Position numbers and translations under genes: made by a program. Below are positions 22,738-34,655 of a stretch of DNA of 64,000 nt, one piece after another (within the stretch, counting starts at the first letter, position 1; every line of letters begins with the position of its first letter). Below the pieces are notes generated by a model. That model searched no databases and was not told the DNA's origin. It saw only the letters and a list, made by a program, of their open reading frames with translations. This DNA comes from Pelagomonas calceolata (lineage: Eukaryota), in contig CAKKNE010000003.1 in assembly GCA_918797485.1 (NCBI GenBank), positions 2,542,001 to 2,606,000 on the forward strand. Reading direction: 5' to 3'.

Positions 22738-23357
22738 TCACGCCTCCTTCTCCTCGGACTCCTTGTCGAGGGAGCCGCCGTAGAAGTCGTCGGGCGCGCG
22801 GAGCTCCTTCTCGTGCTGCACCAACGCCAGGGGATAGAAGAGCACGGCGATGCACATGTCCGTGAGGACGTCGCCGTGTTTTATCTGACGGTGGTGGCGC
22901 ACGCGGTAGCGCGTGTAGGCCACAATCGCCGCGAAGGCCATGTACCAGGCCGCCGAGATGAAGCGGAGGTTCGCCTCGATGGGGCACATGGCCAATAGCG
23001 TCACGGCGAAGTAGAACGTCACGAAGGCTAGGATGCCGTAGCACGCCGCGGCCGGCGCCATTGTATCGGTGAGGATCCTTTTAATCGGCAAGAAGGGAAA
23101 CAACGCCGCCTCAATTAATCTAGGGACGTCCCGACACACCTCCCCCAGAGAAGTAGGCAGGCACGTCGTCGCGAAGTTCTTGCGGCGCTCGTCGAGCTCC
23201 CCTGCTTCCTCCTTGACGGCCAGCCAGAGCGCGTGGATCATGTACATGAGGACGACGGTGAAGGGCAGGCCCGCGATCGTCGACACAGCTTGTAAAGATT
23301 TGAGGGACCGTTCCGGGTTGCCCCTACCACCTTTGATCAAGGCGATGGCACAGAGGC
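22738..23357 (-). pseudogene. C-terminal fragment of a BCCT (betaine/choline/carnitine) transporter, 5'-truncated
   Basis: LCAIALIKGG..SLKSLQAVSTIAGLPFTVVLMYMIHALW resembles the last two BCCT helices; no upstream BCCT exons recognised. Confidence 0.6.
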
Positions 23358-24135
23358 GAAGATTTTGTTCGCGGAGGCGGAGGAGAATAATTTGGGCCTC
23401 AAGGTGAAGCAGGCGAGGTGGCGGCGGTGGTCCTGGTGTAGCCTATGCGAGCAACAGTACCACGGCGTCGTGAAGTGCGCGCTCGGGTGGGCGTGCTGGA
23501 AGACGTACGTGGGGCGGCCAGAGATGGACAATGCCCGGTGCTTCGCAATAAACGTGCTTGGGGACGGGTTATTCGTCGCAAATCACTGTGAGGACGCGTT
23601 GACCGTGAGAGAGGCGGAGTTGTCGATGGAGCGGCGCCGTGGCGCGTCAGAAGAACACATCCTCGCCGTGCAGGGCAATCTAGCGGCCACGTATCAAAAG
23701 CTTAGACGGTTTGAAGAGACCAGTCAGATGCTGCGAGACGTATACTCTGGACATTTGAGGCTCCATGGCGAAGAAAATATTCAAACCATCTCGAATGCCA
23801 ACAACTACGCGGTGTCGCTTAATGGTCTACAGCGCTTCGAAGAAGCCAAGGCTCTGTTGCGCAAAATGATTCCCGTGGCGCGACGCGTTCTTGGGGAGAG
23901 TAATACTATCACGCTGAGGATGAGGAAAGTTTACGCGGCGGCGCTCTACCTGGACACCGGCGCCACGCTCGATGATCTCCGCGAGGCCGTGGAGACGCTT
24001 GAGGAGGCGGAACGCATCGCGAGGCGCGTGCTCGGCGGCACGCACCCGCTCACCTCGTCGATTGATGAAGCCCTGCGAAACGCGCGAAAAGTGCTCCGCG
24101 CCCGCGAGACGCCATCGCCGCCAGGGAGTGCGTAA
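23354..24135 (+). CDS. TPR-like (kinesin-light-chain type) helical repeat protein, apparently 5'-truncated
   Basis: CSLCEQQYHG..CALGWACW followed by [20 protein letters not shown] repeats; the ORF opens without ATG. Confidence 0.65.
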
Positions 24136-24277
24136 GAATGGTACACGCGAAGAAGACGACAGGCCCACGCAGACGCCGTCGGCTCGGGAGGACACTCTTG
24201 TGAATTAAACCGCTCCGGTACTTAGTCACAGCAGACACCGAAGCTGAAAGCGACGGCGCGGGTTTGGGAGGGGGCGT

Positions 24278-24946
24278 TTAGAAGAGGTCCTCCTCGGCGT
24301 GCGTGATGATCGTGCAGTCCGACGCCGGGTACGCGACGCAGGTGAGCACGAAGCCGTCGTCCATCTGCGAGTCGTCGAGGAACGACTGGTCGCTCTGGTC
24401 GACCTCGCCCGCGGTGACCTTGCCCGCGCACGACGAGCAGGCGCCCGCGCGGCAAGAGTACGGGAGGTCCATGCCCTCCTCCTCGGCCTGGTCGAGGATG
24501 TACACGTCGTCGGCGCACTCGATGGTCGTCTCGGCGCCGTCCTCGACGAGCGTCACGGCGTAGTCGAGCTTGAGCGACGGGCGCGCCTGCGTGGTCAAAC
24601 CGCGGGTGATGGAGCGTTTCCGCGCAGAGACTGCTGGCGTAGGACGGTTTTTGGAGTTTGGAAAAATGTGATGTCGGAGAACCCGGCGGGAGCTAGCCTT
24701 TTTTCGAGCCGAATTTGACCGGACTTGCGCCCGAGCCCTTCTAAGAGTGGCAAGGGTCGCGCTCCGGCATTTGAGGGGGCGCGGGCGACGTCGGCGCGGT
24801 GAACCCGGCGCTGACGATGGCCCTCAGCGAGGATGGCTTATTTGCGGCCGCGCAAGCGTAAAACGGACGCCGCATCTCACAGCAGCGCGGGTGGTGAACG
24901 CCGAAGCGCTGCACAGCATAGCGAGGGCGGCGATGAGGCGGTTCAT
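24278..24946 (-). CDS. petF: Nuclear-encoded, plastid-targeted [2Fe-2S] ferredoxin, 2 exons, 124 aa
   Basis: Exon 2 has [31 protein letters not shown]; exon 1 (24946-24881) encodes [26 protein letters not shown] intron 24587-24880. Confidence 0.92.
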
Positions 24947-25268
24947 GTTGTTCTAGGGCTATTAGTCGGTCTGAGCTCAGACGGCAAGTGTGCGAGCCGG
25001 GCACAGGGAAGTCCGTTTGATCACTCTCGCTGTCCCAAGAAGCCCGTGCGGCACGTGTCTGTAGGCCTTTTCAATGTCCCTTGAAGCTAGCGTCGTAAAG
25101 ACACTAGCAAAACATAGTTCGGCGAGCAAGCTGAATCAGTGCTGTCTTTCAGCTAGCGCTGGCTGACCAATGCGACGTACGGGTTTTCCCTCGACGGATC
25201 GCACAGTATCTGTGAGGCGCGACGCGAAGAAAAATAGGTGATGCCTTTTAAGTTACAGAGAGAATTAA

Positions 25269-28200
25269 TCAGCTATAGATACCGTTCGTCAGGTACTGGA
25301 AGCTGTCGTACTGCCGCGTGCCGTACGCGTTGTACGACTGCCTCACGAGATCCGCGACGTGCGCCGCGACCTGCTCGTTCGTCGTGAGATGCAGTTTCAA
25401 GCGACTCCGCATCTTCTCGACGGCGGCGGTCCCCGTCTTGAAGCAGGGGAACGGCGAGTCGCGCGCCATGACCTCGACGAGCGCGAGGATTTTCGACGAA
25501 TGCTTCTGCAGCGCCGAAAAGCCGCAGCAGAGCAACACCACAAAGTCCGCGAACCCGTCGCTCTGCCAGCCGCCCATGGCCTCGACGTGCTCCGCCGTGA
25601 GCTTGAACGGGACCCGTTCCAGCGAGAACGAGCCGCCGGGCGCCGTGCCGAGGAGGAAGCCAAAATCAATGTGGATGACGTGGCCCTTGTTGTCCAGTAA
25701 AATATTACCGTTGTGCCGGTCCTTCAATCCTAGGAGGTGGCTCACGAGCGAGTAGGCGGCCATGGACCTGCGTTGCGACGCGTTCTCTCGGTGTGTTCTG
25801 GCAGGAACGCGTCGCGTCGATGGCGTAAGGTGGTGTAGAGCCCGATCTGGCGTAATCTATGCCAGCACGCCATCGGCGCGACGCCGCGTCGATGGCAGGT
25901 TTCTGGCGTGTCCTGGGGACCGCGGCGACCACGACAGGCCGCCGTTGTGTCCTGGGGAGCACGACCAGCTAGGCCCAGCCACAACACGGGACGGTAGTAC
26001 AAACGCATCCGATGCCACCGTGGCGCGGGTCGCGGCGACCAGCACGCCATCGAAGAAAAAAAGGACGCCGCAAAACGCACGACACGAAGGCCCGCCGCGC
26101 CCGCGCGTGCCGCCTCGAACCGGCGGGCCCGTGCGCGTGAATTAAGTGCGACGCGACGTTCTTAAAACCCTTCGACTTCTTCAGAGAATCGAGAGACACG
26201 GCGTCGGTCATGACCTCGACGATGCCCGTCGAAGCCCCGGTAGGGACAATACTATAATGCTTCAGCCACAATCCAGTGCGATCACCGGCTAAGCCAGCGG
26301 CCCGAAACGCGTCGTCACAAGCCGCAATGATCTGCAACGCACACACCTCCTGCCTTAAATCATCATTGGACTTCACGATACAGCTCACGAGGTTCCAGGA
26401 CTCCTCGTCGCCGATGGGCGATTGCCTCCGGACCCGAGCCCTCTGGACGGCCCAGGGCTCGCCGAAGCCCGGTTGTTCCACCTTGTTCGCGCCTTGTACC
26501 TCTTCGAGCGAGTCCTGCTTGCCGACGGGCGAGGGTTGCGGCGTATCTTGCAGGCTATCAAGTCGTTCCGTTTTGAGACCAAGGGCCTGCTTCCTTCTTA
26601 AAGCTCGAACAACATCGCGTCGCGGAGAATAGCCCGAGGCCACGGGCGGCGGCGGCGGCTCGTCCAACGCCGCCGCGAAGTCCGGCTGGCCTATTTCTGG
26701 CGTATCCACTCGTCTCGGGGATATTTTCGGGACGGGCGTCGGTTCCTCTCCATCCAAAGGTGTATCGGCCTCGGCTAACGTGTCCAGACCGGTTGAGGAC
26801 GTGTTCCGTCGAGGCGGCGGCGACTGCACCGCCTGCTTTACGTCTCCAGTCGCGGCGTCGTCGGCGCCGTACGAGCATTCCACTATTGAGGGCACGGACG
26901 TGACCCGTTTCAATTGGTCGCCCGTCAGCTCCTGGGACGTCGAGGGCGTCGGCAGCATCTCGTCGTTGACCTCGCCGGCGAGATCGGCGGACGTCGTCGA
27001 GTGATCATCATCCGTAGGAGGCTCTTCGGGCGCGGGTTCTTCCGCTAAAGCTTCCCGGAGGGCGTTGGCGAACTCCTGCGTTGGGAAACGTCGCGTCGAT
27101 GGCGTGGTGGGGTTCTCGTCGCGTCGCGTCGCGTCGATGGCGTAAGGCGGTGTAGAGCCATCCCACTTCACTCCATCGATTGTGACGAAGAAGGAAAAAC
27201 AAAGGACACAGCAATAAACGGGGTGGTTCTGGGCCGGCGTCATCCGACGCACGGGCTTGTCGTCGTCGCTCTCGGAATCTTCTTCTCTCAGACATGTGGT
27301 ATCAGCGTCGGGATCATCTACCGTTTCTAAGAGCACCAGTGTTGGCGCCCGCGCCTTCGTCTTGAAGACGTGGCCCTCCCTCGGGGGTACTCGTGCGACC
27401 CTACCTAATCTACCAGCCTTCTCGAAGGGAGCATGGGCCAGAGGCGTTCTTCTAGGTAACGCTTCCAGTTCTTTGCGTAGACGCGCCGGCCTCGAGGACC
27501 CGTCGACGCCGCGCATGGCCTCGGCGACGTCGCATAGAGCGCGCACGAAGCGCATCTCCCTCGCTAAGACATCATCCGGAGGGCCTTGCAGCCCGTCGCT
27601 GTGGTCGGCGTCGTGGGCGCCGTAGCTACGACCTGTAGGTGTTTTGATGGGTCGCGGGCTTGGTGGAGGCGGCGGCGCTGCCGGTTCGACACCTAGAGTA
27701 GCTAGAGCTAATGCGGCGGTCCGTCGTAAAGCGCCGGCACTTCGCCTTAGTTCCAGGGCCAACCAAGGTGGGGTGCGTGGTAGCAGTTCGAGAGCCACAG
27801 AGCCAGCGAAGGGCGAGGTATCGCCCGTCAACAAGGGCCCTCTTCTAGACATAGCTGCGGCCGCGACGGCGTCCCTCCGCAAGGCCCAGGGGTCTCCTGT
27901 TTTATCCGCTACCACCCCACCTCCAGCTTGGGAAGCCGCAAACGCCGCTGCTGCTTCCAACTCCACTAATAATCGCAAGACGTGCGGTCGTCGCGAGGCC
28001 GCGCCCGCGCGATCTTCGAGGTAACTCACGAGTAACCAAGCTAGTTGGAGAGCGAAGCGGAAGGACCGCCTAGCTACTCTAAGTAAGAACTCCTCCGCCA
28101 ACGTACTCCTAAGAGCGGCATCCCCATCCAAAGGTGGTAAAGTACGATAGTACACATGAGCTAATTGAGGTAAATAAAACAGTAGGGGCGGTCCGTTCGC

Positions 28201-29541
28201 GGAATCGTAGTCAGCCAAATGCCCTAAAACATCCTTCACCGCGACCAACCGCGCCGCTCTAGGTAACCTTCTACGACATAAAGCATTGGCCGCTCGCCTC
28301 TTCGCGTCGTCGTCGTCGACGCGCGGGTCGGGCGCGCCCTCGTCGACGCCCTTGGCCGCGGCCAATGCTTTCTGGGACTGGTCCTCTAATTCTTCGGGAA
28401 TATTGTCGGGCGGCCGCGGCGGTCGCTTCGAGGGCGACTGCTTTATTTTCTTTTTTTTTTGTGTTGGGGGTGGGTCGTCGCTGTCGTCGTCCAAGGTCAA
28501 AAAATGGAACTCTCCGACCAATCCCGCCGCGTCGTTCTTCACTGGAGTTAGTACTTGCTCCTTCCAGACGTCGTAAGCTCTATCGCAGGCGTCCCGTGCG
28601 GCCGCCCTACAGGTATTGAAGAGAGCGTCGTATTCAGGGTCACTCAGAGGCTGGGACCGATCTAGGAGTATCTGCCTGGCGGCCTGGGCCGCTTCTTCCC
28701 GGGGCCAGGCCCGTCCGGACGGGTCGAGCTTCGGGTCTACTCTACCACTATCGGCGTGATGTAATAGCCACAACGCGCGTCGGTCCGTGCGAAACTTTCT
28801 TTCCAGAGTCTTCTCGAGCTCGGAAGCGTGGGCCGCACTTGCGAGTAGTCTCGCTCTCGATCGGGCCACGTTCAGCAGTTGCTGGGCCTGGGCCGCTGCA
28901 TCACTCAATTTCTCGGCGCGGCCTCGTCCTATACCTGGCAGAGGTAGGCCCGCCGGAGCCATGTGCGACGCGGCATAGGCTCTACCAGAAGCCGCACACG
29001 TATGCCTCGCGACCGTATAGCCAAAGGCGACGCCCGACGCGGCGCAATGAGTCGCGCGATCGTCCGGAGTTGGGGGCTCGTGCGGCCTCCGCTGCGCCGC
29101 GCCGCCCGCGCCGTCGGGTAAACCTCCCAACACTAATAACTCAACAGCTAGCGTCAATCCAACAAGCCACTTGGCGCACTCCGCCTCCGACGTGGCGACG
29201 GCGCAAACTCGCTCACCGGCCGTCGTAGTATACACGAAGGTCCGCGCTGTTTCATCTTTAGGTCTCGATGACGACGTGGCGAACAGCGTCGACCGTAGCG
29301 ACGAGGAATTGGCCGGGGCTGGAGAAACACCGATGACGTCCGCTTCAGCCTTGGGCCACAGACCGGCGCGCGCCGCGGCCTCATCATCGTATTCCCAGAG
29401 CGTGTAGCCCGTTAATACACAGTAGACTTTTCTCGCGTATTCGCTTCCTCCATGAGACGTGTTCTGCTTGACGAGCGTGCCGCGGACGGTGCCGCTGTAG
29501 GGTGCCTTGGGCGGCATCGAGGACGCGAAGGGGACGGGCAT
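25269..29541 (-). CDS. Phosphatidylinositol 4-kinase (type III-like) with N-terminal PH-like and degenerate FYVE-like regions
   Basis: IVKSNDDLRQE, KDRHNGNILL, HIDFGF, PFKLT, YDSFQYLTNGI; intron 25768-26080 and a probable in-frame intron about 27076-27219. Confidence 0.88.
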
Positions 29542-30206
29542 CGTTTCGATGCGCGTCGGCGGCGTCGAGCGCTGCTTGCTGTGGTTTGCGGGTGCGCGTC
29601 GGCGACGTCGTGCGCCGCGCGCAGCCGTCCGTCGCAGCGGTTTCGCACGCTCGCTGCGCTTGCTTGTTTTTTCAGTGGTTTGGTGCGCTACGAATCGATG
29701 GAATGCGACCACTCCTTCGTGTTCCAGCGAAGCGATGCTATACCAGGAGCCAGTTCTGCACCTGCCGCGCGTTTGACTGCGGCCACCGGCGTCGCAAAAT
29801 GTGATCGATGATGGGCCGAGTCGAACCCGTTTTGTCAAATCGGGCATAAACCAAACAGTACACATCCGTAATCTTGCGGCTTCGGATCGGATCCAGAGCT
29901 CCCCTGAACATCATGAAAAAAAGGCTCGACCTGCTCGACGATTTTGCTCGATGCGCAGCGTAGCACAAAGCGACGCAATACATCGAGCGTTGTAGTCTAC
30001 ACGAACAGGAGTCAGCATTCGTCGCGACGAGACTGCTGCATCGATCCTTGCAAGCTCTCAACTAGTGTGTGCTGCCACCAAGCACAGCGAGCTATTGTCG
30101 CCGCATTGCTGCGCACGCCGCCGCAGCCGTCGCTCTACGCCGTCGCTGCACGCCGTCGCCGCGCATCGCTGCTGCACGGCTCTAGTTCTGCGGACAACGC
30201 GGCGTC

Positions 30207-31859
30207 ATGGCGGCCCAAGCCGAGGCCGCGAAGGTGACGATGGCCTTCGACCAGGACGAGTTCTTCGCGTGTGCGCGGTATGGCGAGTTGGACGATCTGA
30301 AGAAGGAGCTGGAAAAGGGTGCGGACGTCAACGGCAAGGGTCCTGGGGGTTTGACGGCGCTGCATGCGGCCTGTGCGAACGGCCACGAGGCCATCGTGAA
30401 GGAACTACTCGCGAGGGGCGCGGACACGACACTAGCGAACGACGCGGGCAACACCCCGGCCCACTACGCGGCCCAACAAAAACAGGCGGCTTGTTTGAAA
30501 CTCGTACTGACGGACTCGCTCAAAAAAAACAATTTTGGGAGAAGCGCGTTAACGGAGGCCATCGCGTCCGGCGACGGCGCGTGTGCCACAATAGCGTTAG
30601 AACACGATTCGGCAGCGGAGGAGAAGATTATTGAGGGGTTGGAGAAGGTCGACACTGACGATGCGCCACAGACAATTACGCATGCCCTGAAACTAGGTGA
30701 GAAACCGATACGTATCCGAGAACTGCCGATCGCCGATAAAAGTACGGACGCTCTAGGAGACGGGTCCGGCGCGACCGATAGGACTGGGTTAGGCGTCTGG
30801 GCGGCCGCAGTTGTGCTCGGAAGATGGCTCGCCTCGCAGCAAAGTGATTTTGAAAAAAAACGTGTTGTCGAATTAGGCGCAGGCTGCGGCGTCGGGGCCC
30901 TGGCTCTAGCGTCAGCTTGTACGTCGTGTTCGGTGGTCGCCACGGACGCCTCCCAAGAGGCCCTCGAGAACTGTCGACACAACGCGGACTTATTTGAACA
31001 GGACTTCGGGAATCCGGACGTGAGTGATGGCCCCCTCAAACAGACGAAGCGGATCAGTGTGCAGTCCCTAGATTGGGATTCTCCGGTAGAACCCGTGTGC
31101 GGGCGGCCGGCGCCTCCGTTAACCGCGGATCCCGATTTATTTAGGGAATCAGGAGCGATGTTCGCGGCGGGTTACGATCGGGGCGCCGGCAAGGCGCGGG
31201 AGCACTGCGATGTGGTTGTGGGTGCGGATCTCGTGTATTCGGCCGACGTGGTAGAAAAATTGTGCAAGACGATCGTGGCTTTGGGCTGTTCCCGCGTGTA
31301 CTACTGCGCACCATCAACAGGTCGGGCTGGTTCCCAGGAGTTTCTGGAGAGGTTGGAGAAGCTGGGCTTCGACCGGAGTTCCATTGATGCGCCTGCGGCT
31401 TACTCTGAGGCCCCTTGTGATGAAGCGGCTCTGTATTTCCCGGACCTAGCCCAATCCAAGTTCAAGCTCCACACGTTCACGCGGCAGGAGCCGGCGTCTC
31501 CCTCGTATCAAGCTATGTCGTATCTCATACGGGAGGATTTGAAGAGCGGCAAATTGGAGCGGGGCGGGCGCGGAAAACGCGCGTCCCTCCCCAAGGAGCT
31601 GCGCAAGCCCACCATGATGCCCAAGGGCGTCAAGCGCGAGAAGGCGGGCATCCCGAACGACCCGTCGGACCCGCTGCCGCCGCGGCGGTACCCGCACAAC
31701 CCGCAGGAGGACGACACGCCCGAGTCGATAAAGAGAAGGGAGCGGGAGCTCCTCGACGACGCCGTGCGGAAGACGGGCCTGCCCGTCGCCGGGGAGCCCG
31801 TGCCGGCGTGTACCGGGGCGGGGGCGTTCGGGTATTCGTCGTCGAAGGCTAAGAAGTAG
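30207..31859 (+). CDS. Ankyrin-repeat plus SAM-dependent protein methyltransferase (family 16-like)
   Basis: TALHAACANGH, GNTPAHYAA; DRTGLGVWAAAVVL, VVELGAGCG, VVGADLVY. Confidence 0.85.
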   Translation: MAAQAEAAKVTMAFDQDEFFACARYGELDDLKKELEKGADVNGKGPGGLTALHAACANGHEAIVKELLARGADTTLANDAGNTPAHYAAQQKQAACLKLVLTDSLKKNNFGRSALTEAIASGDGACATIALEHDSAAEEKIIEGLEKVDTDDAPQTITHALKLGEKPIRIRELPIADKSTDALGDGSGATDRTGLGVWAAAVVLGRWLASQQSDFEKKRVVELGAGCGVGALALASACTSCSVVATDASQEALENCRHNADLFEQDFGNPDVSDGPLKQTKRISVQSLDWDSPVEPVCGRPAPPLTADPDLFRESGAMFAAGYDRGAGKAREHCDVVVGADLVYSADVVEKLCKTIVALGCSRVYYCAPSTGRAGSQEFLERLEKLGFDRSSIDAPAAYSEAPCDEAALYFPDLAQSKFKLHTFTRQEPASPSYQAMSYLIREDLKSGKLERGGRGKRASLPKELRKPTMMPKGVKREKAGIPNDPSDPLPPRRYPHNPQEDDTPESIKRRERELLDDAVRKTGLPVAGEPVPACTGAGAFGYSSSKAKK

Positions 31860-31877
31860 CGATGTTTTATCAACAAC

Positions 31878-33340
31878 TTACCCAAGCCCCCGCTGAAGCA
31901 CGCGCTCGTTCCACACGCTCATGTCCACGACGATCCCCAACAAACAAGTCCGCCGCCAGTCCTCTCTGGTGGAAGCGGCGACGATGGCGTCGTGCGCGTG
32001 GTCGAACGCGCGGCGCACGCGGTGGTAGTTGTACGAGTTCTTGCCGACGTCGAGCTTGTCGTCATCTGGATTTTCAATAGCTAATAAGTTGGGCCGCGCC
32101 GGATTGAACCAGTTCCGCGACCGCTTCGGGAAGTACGCGCCGTGGCGCCGCACCGAGATCCCCGTAATCGTGGGGTTCAGGTCCCGCCCGTACAATTCAA
32201 AGAACTCCAGGAGCAAGGACCCCAAATTCTGGGGCGAGACAAGTCCAGTAGCGCGGTCCGTCCTATGTCTCTGTTGTAAGAACGACACGACCATGAGCTG
32301 GAGCATGTAACTTCCAACACCCCCCGTGAACGTCTCGTTCAGGCCTCGTTGGGCGAGGAAGAACTTGAGCACCAAGACTAATGGTCTGAGAGGAGGCATC
32401 GCGTCCATATAACTCCTTACTAACTTTCCTGTTCGTAAGCCACTTTCCACGTCAAATGAGACATCTACCGCGGTATTTGAGGCCGCGTCCACGTACTTCA
32501 CGAGGGGAATCCGCGCGGACTCGACGACCTCGAGGGACCTGCGAGCGTGCCGCGTCGATGGCGCCGCCGCGTCGATGGCGTAACGAGGCGTGCCAAACTC
32601 CCCTCGCGGACGCCATCGCCGCGTCGACGGCATACGAGTCTCCCGGACGTCGATGGCGTTCAAAAGGACACGGTACCATACCTCGGCGCGATCGCGCCCA
32701 GGTCCTCGAGCGCCGACGCCAGCGTCCGCAGCCGCTTCGCGACGCCGCCGGAGCCCTTGTCCACCGGCGCGCCGAACACGACGACGTCGACGTCCGACGA
32801 CGGCAGCTCGAGTTTGGTAAGAGCGCTCCCGAAGACTTTCGCTTCGCAGCGCGGCCAGCAGCTCTTCGCCGCCCGCTCCAGCGTGCGAAAGGCGTCCTCG
32901 CGCGCCGCCCGCTCTGTTGAAGACGGCGCCACCACGTCGCGAAACGCGAGGATTTCGTCATGTAATTTCTGCAGCGGCGACGCGGCCCGGCGGACGGGAT
33001 TGAACTCGGACTGCGGCGCCGGCGACGCCTCCACACTAATCACGTTCTCGGCGGTCGTCCGGACCTCGCGGCGCGCCTTCTTCTGCGGTTGTTCAGACGC
33101 CTTGCGCCGCAGGCAATGCGTGCCGGGCTTGTCGCCTTCGCAGAGCTCGAAGCCATCTAAACCTTCGAGGTATTTCCGGAGTTTGCTCTCCGTTCTCAAC
33201 GGTTGGGCGAAGGCGGCCTGGTACTGCGCGGGGAGGTCCGAGAGGAGCAGCGCGTTCTCGCGGTCGACGAGCTCGCCGAGGCGCTGGACCTGCAGGCGCT
33301 CCGCGTCCGCATTTAACTGTTCGCGGCGGCGCTTGCCCAT
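31878..33340 (-). CDS. Non-canonical poly(A) polymerase, Trf4/PAPD5(TENT4)-like, 2 exons
   Basis: FGSALTKLELPSSDVDVVV, ARIPLVK, VDVSFD, LNETFTGGVGSYML, LAIENP; intron 32539-32681. Confidence 0.88.
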
Positions 33341-33630
33341 CGCCTTTTCTTTCTTTGTTGCGTGCGCGCCGGCGGCGTGCTGTCTTCAGCTGCAGTTGTT
33401 CACCGATGCTCTCCGACACGCAGGCGTCCTCAGAGCAGCGGAATCGCTACCGCGCGGACGTAAGATGGAAGTGGAAGCGTTCCCAATTGGCAGCGCGTCC
33501 CGATGATCTCCGTCGCGCCTCAATCTCGCCCGACGCCGCAATCACGATTACTAGCGACTTAAAGACACTAGGAAACATGCTTTGCGCCGATGGCGGAGAG
33601 CTTGTAACAACAACTACCTCTTACCCGCCC

Positions 33631-34359
33631 CTACGCACGCCGCCGCAGCTTTCTCGGCTGCTTCGGCAACTCTGCGAGTTCTTTTTGGCGCTTGCGCTTG
33701 TCGCGATCTGACATCTTCCTTTCGACGAAGAAGAAGAGCACGTTGAAGACGACGCAGTCTTCGGCGTCGGGCACGAGCCACTCGAGCATCTGGTTCTCCG
33801 CCTGCAAAAACGCGCCGGATATCGCGTGGAACGTGTTCTTGCGAATCTCGACTTTGTCGTCCTTGAGGGCGCATTCCAAGACGACAGCGACGTCGTAGAG
33901 CTGCTCTCGTGTCCCGACCGCGACCTCCCTCTTCGGGCCGAGCATTCTTCCGTGGTGGCTGTGATGGGCGTACTGGAGCGCGAGGGGTGCCGCTGCGGTC
34001 GCGTGGATGTTTTCGCCGTAGACGCCCACGCTTGGCTGGAGGCCGTTTTCGAGGATGTCGCTCATATTTTCAAAGTCCGTGCCGTGAAGGGCGGGCCACC
34101 AGCCGTCCGGCGGCGCGCGGTCTCGGAGGCCAACGCGAACCACCACGCTCACCGTCTCACCGGTTCCAGGCACGAAGAGGCCCGTCGTCTCGTACACGCG
34201 CGTCACAGCATCGTTCTCAGGGTCGTACCGCAAAGACGGCTCGATGTAAGACTCGGCTGTGTCCAAAAAATCTGCGAGACCCGCTGTCTCTGCAGCTCCA
34301 CGACGGTGTCTTCGGTTGACAAAGCTGTCGAGTCCTCTTAGCAACGAGGCACGGTGCAT
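33631..34359 (-). CDS. Putative ADP-ribosyltransferase-fold (PARP-like) protein
   Basis: ALHGTD....ILENGL..SVGVYGENIHAT....ALQYA ... LEWLV resembles the H-Y-E ART pattern; first ATG 34359, frame open to 34404. Confidence 0.55.
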   Translation of the reverse strand: MHRASLLRGLDSFVNRRHRRGAAETAGLADFLDTAESYIEPSLRYDPENDAVTRVYETTGLFVPGTGETVSVVVRVGLRDRAPPDGWWPALHGTDFENMSDILENGLQPSVGVYGENIHATAAAPLALQYAHHSHHGRMLGPKREVAVGTREQLYDVAVVLECALKDDKVEIRKNTFHAISGAFLQAENQMLEWLVPDAEDCVVFNVLFFFVERKMSDRDKRKRQKELAELPKQPRKLRRRA

Positions 34360-34655
34360 CTCGAGCTCCCGTCGTTCCTGTGCACAAGGCTCGTCGAAGC
34401 CCAAATAATGACGCTAGCGGCTAAAGATACTAGGCTCTCTGCACATTAAGCTTTCAACGTCGCTTTGTCTCGCAAGATCGAGTTAGCGTCGCTAACCCAC
34501 AGCGCGGACGCTCAATCCGCTGGGCATTTCATCGCTCACAGCGTTGCAAAGCTTGCGGCCCCTCTCTAGGACCGCATACAGAGCCCTCCACGAGCTCCCG
34601 TGCCCTCGCTGCGCAGCGCACGCATCGCAGCGCGCCGCGCAAATAAGTCGCCAAG

